DNA from: Pseudomonadota bacterium
GTDB lineage: Bacteria > Pseudomonadota > Gammaproteobacteria > JAADHS01
DNA: 64,000 bases
NCBI GenBank assembly: GCA_021821045.1
Contig: JAKACW010000009.1
Coordinates: 1,109-65,108, forward strand
Direction of reading: 5' to 3'
Shown: in pieces, positions 20,050-30,775 of the stretch
How the letters are laid out: every line of letters starts with the position of its first letter
Numbering within the stretch: the stretch's first letter is position 1
The notes under the pieces: generated by a model
What the model saw: the letters and a program-made list of their open reading frames with translations, nothing else
What the model was told of the DNA's origin: nothing
The model's database searches: none
Program-made: the position numbers and the translations under genes

Positions 20050-21060
20050 CTAGGAAATCCAGCCGTTCGTACGCAGGCCGCGAACGACGTCGTTAACGAG
20101 CTTAGTATCGACCGCGAGTTGTTGCGCCACCTCGCTTAGCAGAAGTTGATGACCGTTCGATCGGGCGATGATGTCGAACAAACGCGGAATCCAAGTCGCG
20201 GCCGGGGAAAATTTCATGGTTCCTCGCACTCGTTCGCCCTGCACGGCCAGGATCGCCTGGGGGCTTGCGGCGTCGCCGCCGAGGGCCAGACAAAAGCTGA
20301 TTCCCGGCACGACGCGAAAGCGCGCGGCAACGCGATCTTCGCCGTCCCAACGGGAAACCATGACATGCACCGGGACGGCCGGGTGTGGCAAACGTTGCGT
20401 CGTTACGTATTCGAGGCCGGCCTGCGCGAGCATCGCAATGAAGTCCTCGATCGGCGGTCGCGTCCGCAGATCAAATGGCTCCGGTCCCCACAGCGGATCT
20501 TCGGCGCCGGGGTTGGGCATGTAGCATTTTGCGGCGTAGGGATCGACCTCTTCGATGCACAGGACGGCATCGCGATTGAGGAACGACGGAATCGTTCGGT
20601 AAAACGCGCGATGGAGTTTCCATTCCGGGTCGTTGGGCCGCAGATCGCCCTTTAGTTGCGCGTAGGCGGGGTGAGCCGGATTGATGCAAAAGAAGTTGGG
20701 CGGATTGCCGACGACCAGATCGAATTTTTCGTTGGGCGGGATGGCGGCCAGGTTGTCACCTTCATAGATCGCTACACGCTCGTCCAACGCATTGTCGTGG
20801 ACCGTATTCTTGGCGGCGGCCACCGCCTGGGGGTTGATGTCGGCCAGCACCAGGCGTTTGCAGATGTTGTGAGCCAGCAGTGCGAAGCCGATGAAGCCTG
20901 GGCCGGCGCACCACTCGAAGGCGCAGTCGAAAGGCAGGCGGTCGGCATAGTTCGCCTTCAAGTAATCGACGAACAACCCCGCCATGGATCGGCCATCGCC
21001 ATCCAATTCCGGCGTGTAGTAGACCTCGATGTCGCCGGTGGTCCATGTCTGGTAGATCAT
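20050..21060 (-). CDS. Class I SAM-dependent methyltransferase (MTS / amino-methylating NPP[FY]-type fold) with a C-terminal winged-helix-like extension
   Basis: Motif I is FEWCAGPGFIGFALL. There is an acidic motif II (LADINP), and motif IV is DLVVGNPPNFF, an NPPN-F variant of the (D/N)PP(Y/F) signature. The last ~60 aa (LLLSEVAQQLAVDTKLVNDVVRGLRTNGWIS) resemble a wHTH. I cannot assign a specific family. Confidence 0.65.
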   Translation of the reverse strand: MIYQTWTTGDIEVYYTPELDGDGRSMAGLFVDYLKANYADRLPFDCAFEWCAGPGFIGFALLAHNICKRLVLADINPQAVAAAKNTVHDNALDERVAIYEGDNLAAIPPNEKFDLVVGNPPNFFCINPAHPAYAQLKGDLRPNDPEWKLHRAFYRTIPSFLNRDAVLCIEEVDPYAAKCYMPNPGAEDPLWGPEPFDLRTRPPIEDFIAMLAQAGLEYVTTQRLPHPAVPVHVMVSRWDGEDRVAARFRVVPGISFCLALGGDAASPQAILAVQGERVRGTMKFSPAATWIPRLFDIIARSNGHQLLLSEVAQQLAVDTKLVNDVVRGLRTNGWIS

Positions 21061-21086
21061 TATCCTGTGGGCCTCTTTGCTTCGCC

Positions 21087-21230
21087 GTGGGAGCCACAGC
21101 CTGGTGGGAGCGGATCATTCCGCGATGGTTTTGGACGGCGACGCGTCCGGCAAGGAATCGCGGAATGATCCGCTCCCACAACAGGGGGGCGATGGTGCCG
21201 TGGGAGCGGTTTCCTACCGCGATTCTTCGC
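21087..21230. repeat. REP cluster (4 units) between the methyltransferase gene and truC
   Basis: GTGGGAGCC..., GTGGGAGCGGATCATTCCGCGAT (21108-21130), ATCGCGGAATGATCCGCTCCCAC (21157-21179), GTGGGAGCGGTTTCCTACCGCGATTCTTCGC (21200-21230). Confidence 0.9.
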
Positions 21231-21251
21231 AATTTCCTAAGTTTAGGCCGC

Positions 21252-21995
21252 TTACCGCGCTTTCTCAATCGAGGACGGGGCCGCGGTCAATCCCAGCTTC
21301 GCGACAACTGCAGCGAACTCGCCGTCCGGCATCGCATCGATACTTAGGGGCTCGTTGGTGCGGGGATGATCGAAGTGCAAGCGGATCGCCGCCAACATTA
21401 AGCGGCGACTGTGACAATACTCCCGCAGCATTGCATTGTGTTTGCCATCGCCGTAGGTGGTATCGCCGATGATCGGGTGAAAGATGTGCTTCATGTGGCG
21501 GCGCAGTTGGTGCTTGCGCCCGGTCAGCGGCTGCAGTTCAACCAGTGAGTAGCGCGCCGTCGAGTAGCGGCCGACGGGGATGGGCAGTTCGACCATAGCG
21601 AGACGGCGATAAAGGGTGATCGCCGTTTGCGGCGCCTTGTCGGGGTCGGCCAGCGCATCCGTGGTCTTGTCGAGGACTTCGGCCAGCGGGTAATCGATGC
21701 GGCCATGTTCGGCGACCAAGCCGCGGACGACGGCGCGGTAGGTTTTGCTCAGTTGGCCGCAAGCGAATTTGCTGGTCATCAGGCGGGCGGTAGCCGCATC
21801 CAGCGCGAACAGCAGCACGCCGGCGACAGGTTTGTCTAGCCGATGTACGGGATAGACCCGTTGGCCGATCTGGTCGCGCAGCATCTGGATGGCGAACTGA
21901 CTTTCCCCTGCTGCGATTTTGCTGCGGTGAACCAGTAGGCCCGCCGGTTTGTGGACGGCGACGAGGGATTCGTCTTGGTAGAGTATTTCCAGCAA
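21252..21995 (-). CDS. truC: tRNA pseudouridine(65) synthase TruC (RluA family). Start probably TTG at 21995; the ORF track extends into a REP element to GTG at 22058.
   Basis: LLEILYQDESLVAVHKPAGLLVHRS parallels E. coli TruC MLEILYQDEWLVAVNKPSGWLVHRS. The catalytic motif is HRLDKPVAGVLLFA. The extra 21 N-terminal codons (VGADHSAILPATRRPDSRVRR) translate a REP unit. Confidence 0.88.
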   Translation of the reverse strand: MLEILYQDESLVAVHKPAGLLVHRSKIAAGESQFAIQMLRDQIGQRVYPVHRLDKPVAGVLLFALDAATARLMTSKFACGQLSKTYRAVVRGLVAEHGRIDYPLAEVLDKTTDALADPDKAPQTAITLYRRLAMVELPIPVGRYSTARYSLVELQPLTGRKHQLRRHMKHIFHPIIGDTTYGDGKHNAMLREYCHSRRLMLAAIRLHFDHPRTNEPLSIDAMPDGEFAAVVAKLGLTAAPSSIEKAR

Positions 21996-22030
21996 TCGGC
22001 GTACTCGACTATCCGGACGGCGAGTCGCGG

Positions 22031-22118
22031 GAAGAATCGCGGAATGATCCGCTCCCACATTGAAAGCCGCTCTCGCAGTGGTAAGTGCTCCGAGGTGGGA
22101 GCGGTTTCCTACCGCGAT
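22031..22118. repeat. REP pair between truC and uup. It overlaps the annotated truC 5' end.
   Basis: GAAGAATCGCGGAATGATCCGCTCCCAC (22031-22058) and GTGGGAGCGGTTTCCTACCGCGAT (22095-22118). Confidence 0.9.
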
Positions 22119-22130
22119 CTGCTTGCGCCA

Positions 22131-24029
<1,899 letters not shown>

Positions 24030-24242
24030 GGATGGGTGCTCAGTCTAATTTCTCGGTTCGAGGAGGGCATATCATAGCCGCGCGGCATCGGTTTGGCACT
24101 CAAAATGTTGTTAAGTTGCATAGGGTTATGGCCTGCGGGTGTTAAGCGTTGGATAAGCCTGCGATAAGGCGCCGCTAATCTTCGCTTGGTGAAATGGCCA
24201 CGTTGAAAGTTGGAGCCAAACCACACCTAAGGAGATCTGGCC

Positions 24243-24491
24243 ATGAAACTTCAGGACACAGTGTTATCGAACATCGACCGAATTTCTCGCGGCGCATTGG
24301 GGTTCGCCTTGATCGCAGTCGCTTACTTCACCAGCGGTTTCTTGGGTTGGTTGGCCGTACTGCCGATTCTTGCCATCGTGCCGCTGATGACCGCCACCCT
24401 GGGAATCTGCCCCGTTGAAGGCGCATTGCGCAACGCATTTCGCCATGAACGCAAGGTTGTTTTTCAGGAGCCCGCCATTAAGCAACGCTGA
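24243..24491 (+). CDS. DUF2892-like small inner-membrane protein (YgaP C-terminal-domain-like)
   Basis: 82 aa, two TM helices, with a conserved LGICP motif in the second helix. Confidence 0.55.
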   Translation: MKLQDTVLSNIDRISRGALGFALIAVAYFTSGFLGWLAVLPILAIVPLMTATLGICPVEGALRNAFRHERKVVFQEPAIKQR

Positions 24492-24523
24492 TCGTTAAAC
24501 GCAAAGTCGCGGTTAGAGAGTGT

Positions 24524-24556
24524 CAAGCGGCGGTTTATCCGCCGCTTGCGTTTTGT
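24524..24556. terminator. Bidirectional hairpin terminator between the DUF2892 gene (+) and the convergent pilU-like gene (-)
   Basis: CAAGCGGCGG-tttat-CCGCCGCTTG followed by cgTTTTgtg. It lies in the 66-nt gap between two convergent stops. Confidence 0.7.
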
Positions 24557-24557
24557 G

Positions 24558-25733
24558 CTATTTATCGAGGGAGGGTTCGATCGAAAGTTCAAGCGCGTCG
24601 CTCATGGTATCGGGCTCGTCGTCTTTTTTGAGGGACAGCTTCGAGGCGCTTTCGGCCAGTTGCGCGGCCGCGTTCTTCTCCGACAAGCTGATGCGCAGGC
24701 GCAAGTTGTTTTGCGAGTCGGCGTTGCGTAGGGCTTCTTCGAGGGTGATCTTGCCTTCCTTGAACAATCTAAACAGCGCGCCGTCGAAGGTTTGCATCCC
24801 GATGTTCTCGGACTTCTCCATGACTTCCTTGATCTTGCCGATCTCGCCTTTGAGGATGAGATCGCACACCAGCGGCGTGCCAAGCAGCACTTCGACCGCG
24901 ACGCAGCGTTTGCCGTCGGTGGTCGGAATGAGTCGCTGGGAAACGAAGCCGCGAATGTTCAGCGACAAGTCCATCAGCAATTGATTACGCCGTTCTTCCG
25001 GGAAAAAGTTGATGATACGGTCCATCGCCTGGTTGGAACTGTTGGCGTGCAAGGTCGAGATGGCCAAGTGTCCCGTTTCAGCGAACGCGATGGCGTGCTC
25101 CATGGTTTCGCGGTCCCGAATCTCGCCGATCAGAATCACGTCCGGCGCTTGGCGCAGGGTGTTTTTTAGCGCGTCCTCGTAGCTGGCGGTGTCCAAGCCC
25201 ACTTCACGCTGATTGACGATACATTTTTTGTGTTGGTGCACGAACTCGATCGGATCTTCGATGGTGATGATGTGGCCGGCGGAATTGCAGTTACGATAGT
25301 CGATCAGCGAGGCCAGAGAGGTGGATTTGCCCGATCCCGTGCCGCCGACGAAAAGGATCAAGCCGCGTTTCTGCATGATCAACTTTTTCAGAATCGGTGG
25401 CAGGCCTAAGCTTTCCGAGCTGGGAATGTCGGTCTTGATGGAACGAATGACCATCCCGACTTGATTGCGCTGCTTGAAGATGTTGACGCGGAAGCGGCCC
25501 AATCCGGCTTCGGAAATCGCCAGGTTCATCTCGGGCCGTTGTTCGAATTCGGCGATTTGTTCCTGGTTCATCACGCGGTAGGCGATTTCCTTGACGCGCC
25601 CCGGCGGCACCGGCGTTTGTTCCAAGGGCATCAGCGCGCCATGGATCTTGGCGCTGACCGGAGCGCCCGTAGAGAAATATAAGTCGGACGCCTCTTTTAT
25701 GGTCATGATCTTGAGGTAGTCTTTAAGCTCCAT
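24558..25733 (-). CDS. pilU: PilT/PilU-family type IV pilus retraction ATPase, PilU-like. Orphan: no pilT or other pil genes in the window.
   Basis: 391 aa. Walker A is GGTGSGKST. The PilT-family boxes are IITIEDPIEF and the Asp box VILIGEIRDRETM. The His box is TGHLAISTLHANS. It has a ~40-aa C-terminal tail typical of PilU rather than PilT. Confidence 0.8.
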   Translation of the reverse strand: MELKDYLKIMTIKEASDLYFSTGAPVSAKIHGALMPLEQTPVPPGRVKEIAYRVMNQEQIAEFEQRPEMNLAISEAGLGRFRVNIFKQRNQVGMVIRSIKTDIPSSESLGLPPILKKLIMQKRGLILFVGGTGSGKSTSLASLIDYRNCNSAGHIITIEDPIEFVHQHKKCIVNQREVGLDTASYEDALKNTLRQAPDVILIGEIRDRETMEHAIAFAETGHLAISTLHANSSNQAMDRIINFFPEERRNQLLMDLSLNIRGFVSQRLIPTTDGKRCVAVEVLLGTPLVCDLILKGEIGKIKEVMEKSENIGMQTFDGALFRLFKEGKITLEEALRNADSQNNLRLRISLSEKNAAAQLAESASKLSLKKDDEPDTMSDALELSIEPSLDK

Positions 25734-25798
25734 GGCGTATTCCCTATTTGATTGCCGTTGCTTTATTCATTAGTTGAACGCGCAAGTTTGCGTGCGCG

Positions 25799-26032
25799 TT
25801 AGGACCTGCTGTCCAAGCCGCGTTCGCGGCAGCGCGGACACACGTGGCGGCCATCTGGGTGCGTTCGCCAACCTGCGTTTTCCGCCTCCACGGTCGTACC
25901 TTCAAACCAAGCCCGCCCGTCGGTGATGCGGCGTCCCGGATTGTCGGACCGCTTGGTGTTGCGGCGTTCCTCGACTACGCGTAATCCTTTGGGATTGCAG
26001 ATATCGCAGAATACGAACGTGCGAATGCTCAT
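25799..26032 (-). CDS. Small zinc-ribbon protein (CxxC ... CxxC), hypothetical
   Basis: 77 aa with CDIC near the N-terminus and CPRC near the C-terminus. It is divergent from glnE. Coding status is not verified beyond ORF length and the Cys pairs. Confidence 0.4.
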   Translation of the reverse strand: MSIRTFVFCDICNPKGLRVVEERRNTKRSDNPGRRITDGRAWFEGTTVEAENAGWRTHPDGRHVCPRCRERGLDSRS

Positions 26033-26195
26033 GGTTCTTTCCTGGTTCGATCCTCGGGAGTTAATCGGCCGTACCTGTGCAGTGTTTTAGCGACCGCCAC
26101 GGCCGCAAGCTCCTGTTTGTGATTTGGGATCGGATTTGCTGATAAACTTACCAACCTTATTGATATTGATATCTATTTTTGGCCATTCTTGAGCT

Positions 26196-29111
26196 ATGGA
26201 AAAGACGCGTTGGCGGGTCAAGGGGTGGAAGCCGTTGCCGGCGGCCATGGAGCAGCGGCTGGACGAGTTATGGGGCGAGTATGAATCGGCCTGCGCAAGT
26301 CACGACGTCGACCCGGTGCGGCACGTCGAATTGCGTCAGACTCTGCGTCGCGCCTGGGCCTATTCCGGCTTCGTCGCTCAGACAACCATTCAGCACCCGG
26401 AACACTTCGCGCAACTGTGCAGCGGCGGCGGTTTGTTCGGTGAAAAGTCTGCCCATCACTACTTTGATGAACTCACGCGTCTTGCAGCTTCGATCAAAGA
26501 TGAGCCGGCGCTGGCGCGGGAGCTGCGTTTGTATCGGCGCCGCGAAATGTTGCGCATCGCCTTTCGCGATCTGTCCGGCTGGGCGGATCTGCGGGAGACC
26601 TTAAACAACCTCACCGCGTTGGCCGACGCCTGCGTGCAAGTGGCGCTGGATAAACTCTACGCGTGGGAGGTGCGGGACAACGGCGTGCCCGCCGGCGCAT
26701 CCGCTAAAGTGCCGGGATTGATTGTCATCGGCATGGGCAAGCTTGGCGCCCACGAACTGAACTTCTCCTCCGACATTGATCTGATCTTTGCTTATGCCGA
26801 GGAAGGCGAAACCCGCGGCGCGCGTCAAATCGACAATGAGACGTTTTATCTACGGTTAGGTCAGCGGCTGATCTCGTTGCTCGATCGCGCGACGGTGGAC
26901 GGGGCGGTGTTTCGAGTCGACATGCGTTTGCGACCCTATGGCGACAGCGGGCCGCTTGCTATGAGTTTCGGCGCCATGGAGCATTATTACCAACTACACG
27001 GACGGGACTGGGAACGCTATGCGTTCGTGAAAGCGCGCGTTATCGCCGGAGACCCGGCGGCCGGCGCGCGATTGATGGCCATGCTCAAGCCGTTTGTGTT
27101 CCGCCGCTATTTGGATTTCGGTGCATTCGAAGCGCTGCGCGACATGAAGGCGATGATCGCCCAGCAAGTCGCGCGCAAGGAGATGGAAAACAACGTCAAG
27201 CTCGGACCGGGCGGCATCCGGGAAGTGGAATTCGTCGGGCAGGTGTTTCAATTGATTCGCGGCGGACGGGAACCGCGATTGCAGCAGCGCGGCATCCTCG
27301 ATGTGTTGGGCAGTCTCGCGGAGTTGGGTTACTTGCCGTCGTTTGCCGCGGAGCAGTTGACGCAGGCCTATGTTTTTCTGCGTCATGTGGAAAATCGCCT
27401 GCAGGCCTTCGCCGATCGTCAAACCCATGAACTGCCCGACGATTCGTCGCAACAGGAGCGTTTGGCGTGGTCCTTGGGGTTCGACGATTGGCCTGCGTTT
27501 CACCGCGCGTTGACCAATCAGATGAAAACCGTGCATCGCCATTTCGAACAGGTTTTTGCCGCGCCGCAAACCGAAGGTGCGCAGCACAGCGGCGACGACA
27601 CGTTGAACGGGATCTGGCGCGGCGCGGCGGACGACGAGACGGCGCGCGCGCACTTAAGTCTGTTGGGTTTCAAGGACGCGCCGGGGGTATTGGAACGGCT
27701 GAACGGTTTGCGCGAAAGTTCGCGTTACCGCAGTTTGTCGGCCAACGGGCGCACCCGCATGGACCGGCTCATGCCGCTGCTCATCGGCGCGGTGGCGGCA
27801 GCCCCCGCGGCGGACGAGACGTTGCAGCGCGTATTGATGATTATCGAGTCCGTCGCCCGCCGCACGGCCTATCTCGCGCTGCTCAACGAGCACCCCATGG
27901 CGCTATCCCAGTTGGTAAAGCTGTGCGCTGCCAGCCCGTGGGTCAGCGAGTTCATGGGGCAGTACCCGTTGTTGTTGGATGAGCTGCTGGATCCCCGCGC
28001 GTTGTATGAGCCACTGGAACGGGCCGCGCTGGAAAAGGAGGCGGCGGAATTGTTGCGTGCCGTGACGCCGGAGGATCTGGAGCAAGAGATGGAGCTTCTG
28101 CGCCAGTTCGCCCATACCAATATCTTTCGCGTCGCGGCCGCCGATGTGGCCAGCGCGCTGCCGTTGATGATCGTGAGCGATCGATTGACGGATATCGCCG
28201 AGGTGGTGTTGCAGCACGTGTTGCAGGCCGCGTGGGCCTATTTGACCCGTCGTCACGGCATTCCGCTGGCGCAGGAAGGCAAGGATTTTCGGGCCGTCGG
28301 TTTCGCCATCGTCGCCTACGGCAAGTTGGGCGGCATCGAACTGGGCTACGGTTCGGATCTGGATCTGGTGTTCCTGCACGACAGCCGCGGCGAGCAGACC
28401 TTCACCGCCGGCCCGGCGAAAATCGACAACCAAGTGTTCTTCGCCCGCCTGGGGCAACGCATCATTCATATGCTCACCGCGTTCACGCCGTCGGGCACGC
28501 TGTACGAAGTGGACACGCGACTGCGTCCCAGCGGCGCCTCGGGATTGTTGGTGACCAGCGTCGACAGTTTCGAAAATTACCAGCGAACGGAAGCCTGGAC
28601 CTGGGAGCACCAAGCGCTGACGCGGGCGCGGATTGTAGCGGGGGACGTGGGCGTGGCGGCGCAGTTCAATCGCATTCGCGATGAAGTGTTGTCGCGGCCG
28701 CGCGATCCCCTGAAGCTGCGCCAGGACGTGCTCGAAATGCGCGAGAAAATGCGCGGCGAGCTGGGTCAGAACGATCCCGCCGTGTTCGACCTCAAGCAAG
28801 ATCGCGGCGGCATAACGGACATCGAATTTTTGGTGCAGTACGGCGTGCTGCGATGGGCGCAACGCTATCCGGAATTGCTGCGCTGGACAGATAACATCCG
28901 CATTCTGGAAACCTTGTCGACGATAGGGGTAATGACGCGCCAGGAAGCCCAGGATTTGCAGGAAGCCTACCGTGTGCTGCGGCGGGAGATTCACCGGCGG
29001 ACGCTACAAAAGCAGCCCGCGCGAGTCGACGGCGGCGCGTTCGGCCAATGGCGCAGTTGCATCGGGGCGCTGTGGGACGCGATTGTCGTGGGCGGGCGCT
29101 GGGATTCCTGA
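26196..29111 (+). CDS. glnE: Bifunctional glutamine synthetase adenylyltransferase / adenylyl-removing enzyme GlnE
   Basis: 971 aa with two nucleotidyltransferase domains (GMGKLGAHELNFSSDIDLIF and YGKLGGIELGYGSDLDLVF). The GlnE-ilvE-waaF order matches Pseudomonas. Confidence 0.95.
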   Translation: MEKTRWRVKGWKPLPAAMEQRLDELWGEYESACASHDVDPVRHVELRQTLRRAWAYSGFVAQTTIQHPEHFAQLCSGGGLFGEKSAHHYFDELTRLAASIKDEPALARELRLYRRREMLRIAFRDLSGWADLRETLNNLTALADACVQVALDKLYAWEVRDNGVPAGASAKVPGLIVIGMGKLGAHELNFSSDIDLIFAYAEEGETRGARQIDNETFYLRLGQRLISLLDRATVDGAVFRVDMRLRPYGDSGPLAMSFGAMEHYYQLHGRDWERYAFVKARVIAGDPAAGARLMAMLKPFVFRRYLDFGAFEALRDMKAMIAQQVARKEMENNVKLGPGGIREVEFVGQVFQLIRGGREPRLQQRGILDVLGSLAELGYLPSFAAEQLTQAYVFLRHVENRLQAFADRQTHELPDDSSQQERLAWSLGFDDWPAFHRALTNQMKTVHRHFEQVFAAPQTEGAQHSGDDTLNGIWRGAADDETARAHLSLLGFKDAPGVLERLNGLRESSRYRSLSANGRTRMDRLMPLLIGAVAAAPAADETLQRVLMIIESVARRTAYLALLNEHPMALSQLVKLCAASPWVSEFMGQYPLLLDELLDPRALYEPLERAALEKEAAELLRAVTPEDLEQEMELLRQFAHTNIFRVAAADVASALPLMIVSDRLTDIAEVVLQHVLQAAWAYLTRRHGIPLAQEGKDFRAVGFAIVAYGKLGGIELGYGSDLDLVFLHDSRGEQTFTAGPAKIDNQVFFARLGQRIIHMLTAFTPSGTLYEVDTRLRPSGASGLLVTSVDSFENYQRTEAWTWEHQALTRARIVAGDVGVAAQFNRIRDEVLSRPRDPLKLRQDVLEMREKMRGELGQNDPAVFDLKQDRGGITDIEFLVQYGVLRWAQRYPELLRWTDNIRILETLSTIGVMTRQEAQDLQEAYRVLRREIHRRTLQKQPARVDGGAFGQWRSCIGALWDAIVVGGRWDS

Positions 29112-29176
29112 TCTCTCCGGTGCTCCGTATAATGTGGCCCAAAACGTCGTGGCCAATTAGAGTTGGGGCGGGCCCC

Positions 29177-29237
29177 GTGGGAGCGGATCATTCCGCGATC
29201 GACTCGGCGAAGAATCGCGGTAGGAAACCGCTCCCAC
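29177..29237. repeat. REP pair between glnE and ilvE
   Basis: GTGGGAGCGGATCATTCCGCGAT then CGAAGAATCGCGGTAGGAAACCGCTCCCAC (inverted type-B unit). Confidence 0.9.
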
Positions 29238-29279
29238 TATGTCAGCCGGCGAACATGATCGTCCGTAAGGAGTTTCAAA

Positions 29280-30200
29280 ATGTCGATGGCAGACCGGGAC
29301 GGCGTCATCTGGGTCGATGGCGAAATGGTTCCCTGGCGCGAGGCCAAAACCCATCTGCTCACCCATACGCTGCACTACGGCATGGGTGCGTTCGAGGGTG
29401 TGCGGGCGTATAAAGCCGAAAAAGGCACGGCGATCTTTCGTCTCAAGGAACACACCGACCGGTTGTTCCGCTCCGCCCACATCCTCGGCATGAAGATGCG
29501 CTTCGACAAGGACACCATCAACGAAGCCACGCGTTCCGTGCTGCGAGAGAACAAATTGGCCTCGGCCTATATTCGTCCCATGTGTTACTACGGTTCGGAA
29601 GGCATGGGATTGCGGGCGGATAATCTGATCTGCCACACCATGATCGCCGCTTGGACCTGGGGCGCGTACATGGGCGAGGAGAACATGACGCGGGGCATCA
29701 AGGTCCGCACCTCGTCCTTCACCCGCCACCACGTCAACATCACCATGTGCAAGGCGAAGGCCAACGGCAACTACATCAATTCGATGCTGGCGCTCAACGA
29801 AGCGCTCGCGGCGGGCTGCGACGAAGCATTGCTGTTGGACGCCGAGGGCTTCGTCGCCGAGGGCAGCGGCGAGAATGTTTTTCTGGTGCGCGACGGCATT
29901 CTCTATACCCCCGAACTGACTTCGGCGCTGGATGGCATTACGCGCAACACAATTATCAAGCTCGCCATCGATTTGGGAATGACCGTCAAGGAGAAGCGCA
30001 TTACCCGCGACGAGGTGTATATCGCGGATGAGGCGTTTTTCACCGGCACGGCGGCGGAAGTGACGCCCATTCGCGAACTCGACGGCCGCGCCATCGGCGA
30101 ATGCGGTCGGGGGCCGGTAACGGAAAAACTGCAAACGCTTTATTTCGACGTGGTCCATGGGCGGCACCATGGTCACCCGGATTGGCTGACCTATATATGA
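29280..30200 (+). CDS. ilvE: Branched-chain amino acid aminotransferase IlvE
   Basis: 306 aa, fold-type IV PLP enzyme, MSMADRDGVIWVDGEMVPWREAKTHLLTHTLHYGMGAFEGVRAY... Confidence 0.95.
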   Translation: MSMADRDGVIWVDGEMVPWREAKTHLLTHTLHYGMGAFEGVRAYKAEKGTAIFRLKEHTDRLFRSAHILGMKMRFDKDTINEATRSVLRENKLASAYIRPMCYYGSEGMGLRADNLICHTMIAAWTWGAYMGEENMTRGIKVRTSSFTRHHVNITMCKAKANGNYINSMLALNEALAAGCDEALLLDAEGFVAEGSGENVFLVRDGILYTPELTSALDGITRNTIIKLAIDLGMTVKEKRITRDEVYIADEAFFTGTAAEVTPIRELDGRAIGECGRGPVTEKLQTLYFDVVHGRHHGHPDWLTYI

Positions 30201-30201
30201 C

Positions 30202-30270
30202 GAATCGCGGTAAGAAACCGCTCCCACAAGGTGGAGTGCAGTCTGTTGTGGGAGCGGATCATTCCGCGAT
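30202..30270. repeat. REP pair immediately after the ilvE stop
   Basis: GAATCGCGGTAAGAAACCGCTCCCAC then GTGGGAGCGGATCATTCCGCGAT. Confidence 0.9.
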
Positions 30271-30320
30271 GAATTCTCTGAATTGAAATTTCATTACACA
30301 GCCCGAGGGGAAGAGAAAAA

Positions 30321-30530
30321 ATGCAACATTCATCATCCGCATCTAACGAGAAGAAAATCATGCCCAACGCGCAAAATCGCTATGAGGTGACTCGTGCCGA
30401 TTTGCCGCTGCACTGTCCCATGGACAGCATGAGTTTGTGGAACTCGCACCCACGCGTTTACCTGCCCATCGAGGACACCGGCAAAGCCAAGTGCCCGTAT
30501 TGCGGCGCGGACTACGTGCTGAAGGACTGA
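30321..30530 (+). CDS. Small zinc-ribbon protein (CP ... CPYCG), hypothetical. It is bracketed by REP clusters.
   Basis: 69 aa ending LPIEDTGKAKCPYCGADYVLKD, with an earlier HCP. It lies between ilvE and waaF, flanked by REP clusters at 30202-30270 and 30554-30760. Confidence 0.45.
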   Translation: MQHSSSASNEKKIMPNAQNRYEVTRADLPLHCPMDSMSLWNSHPRVYLPIEDTGKAKCPYCGADYVLKD

Positions 30531-30553
30531 TCGACATTGACGCCAGCATTGTT

Positions 30554-30760
30554 GTGGGAGCGGATTATTCCGCGATTGAGCCAACGCAGAATCGCGGTAA
30601 GAAACCGCTCCCGCGGCGGACTGCGTTCTATCTCGTGGGAGCGGTTTCCTACCGCGATTCTTCGCCGAGTCGATCGCGGAATGATCCGCTCCCACAGGAT
30701 CCGCTCCCATACGATGGAACGCAGTCCGCTCCCAAAGTATCCGCTCCCACAGCATGATCC
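30554..30760. repeat. Large REP cluster (about 4 full units plus three CCGCTCCCA(C/T/A) stubs) between the small Zn-ribbon gene and waaF
   Basis: GTGGGAGCGGATTATTCCGCGAT, GAATCGCGGTAAGAAACCGCTCCCGC, GTGGGAGCGGTTTCCTACCGCGATTCTTCGCC, ATCGCGGAATGATCCGCTCCCAC. Then GATCCGCTCCCATAC, GTCCGCTCCCAAAG, ATCCGCTCCCACAG. Confidence 0.9.
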
Positions 30761-30775
30761 CAGGACATCGATTCG

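Noticed and set aside
21200-21230. ops-like element (GCGGTAGGAAAC versus ops GGCGGTAGCGTG) upstream of the LPS genes
   Set aside because: The match is the reverse complement of the generic type-B REP unit, which occurs throughout the window regardless of context. There are only 7 consecutive matches, with no JUMPstart context.
30554-30760. Possible CRISPR array, given the clustered short repeats
   Set aside because: The units are palindromic and occur in alternating orientation. Spacers are irregular (10-45 nt) and partly repeat-derived. There are no cas genes. This is classical REP/BIME organisation.
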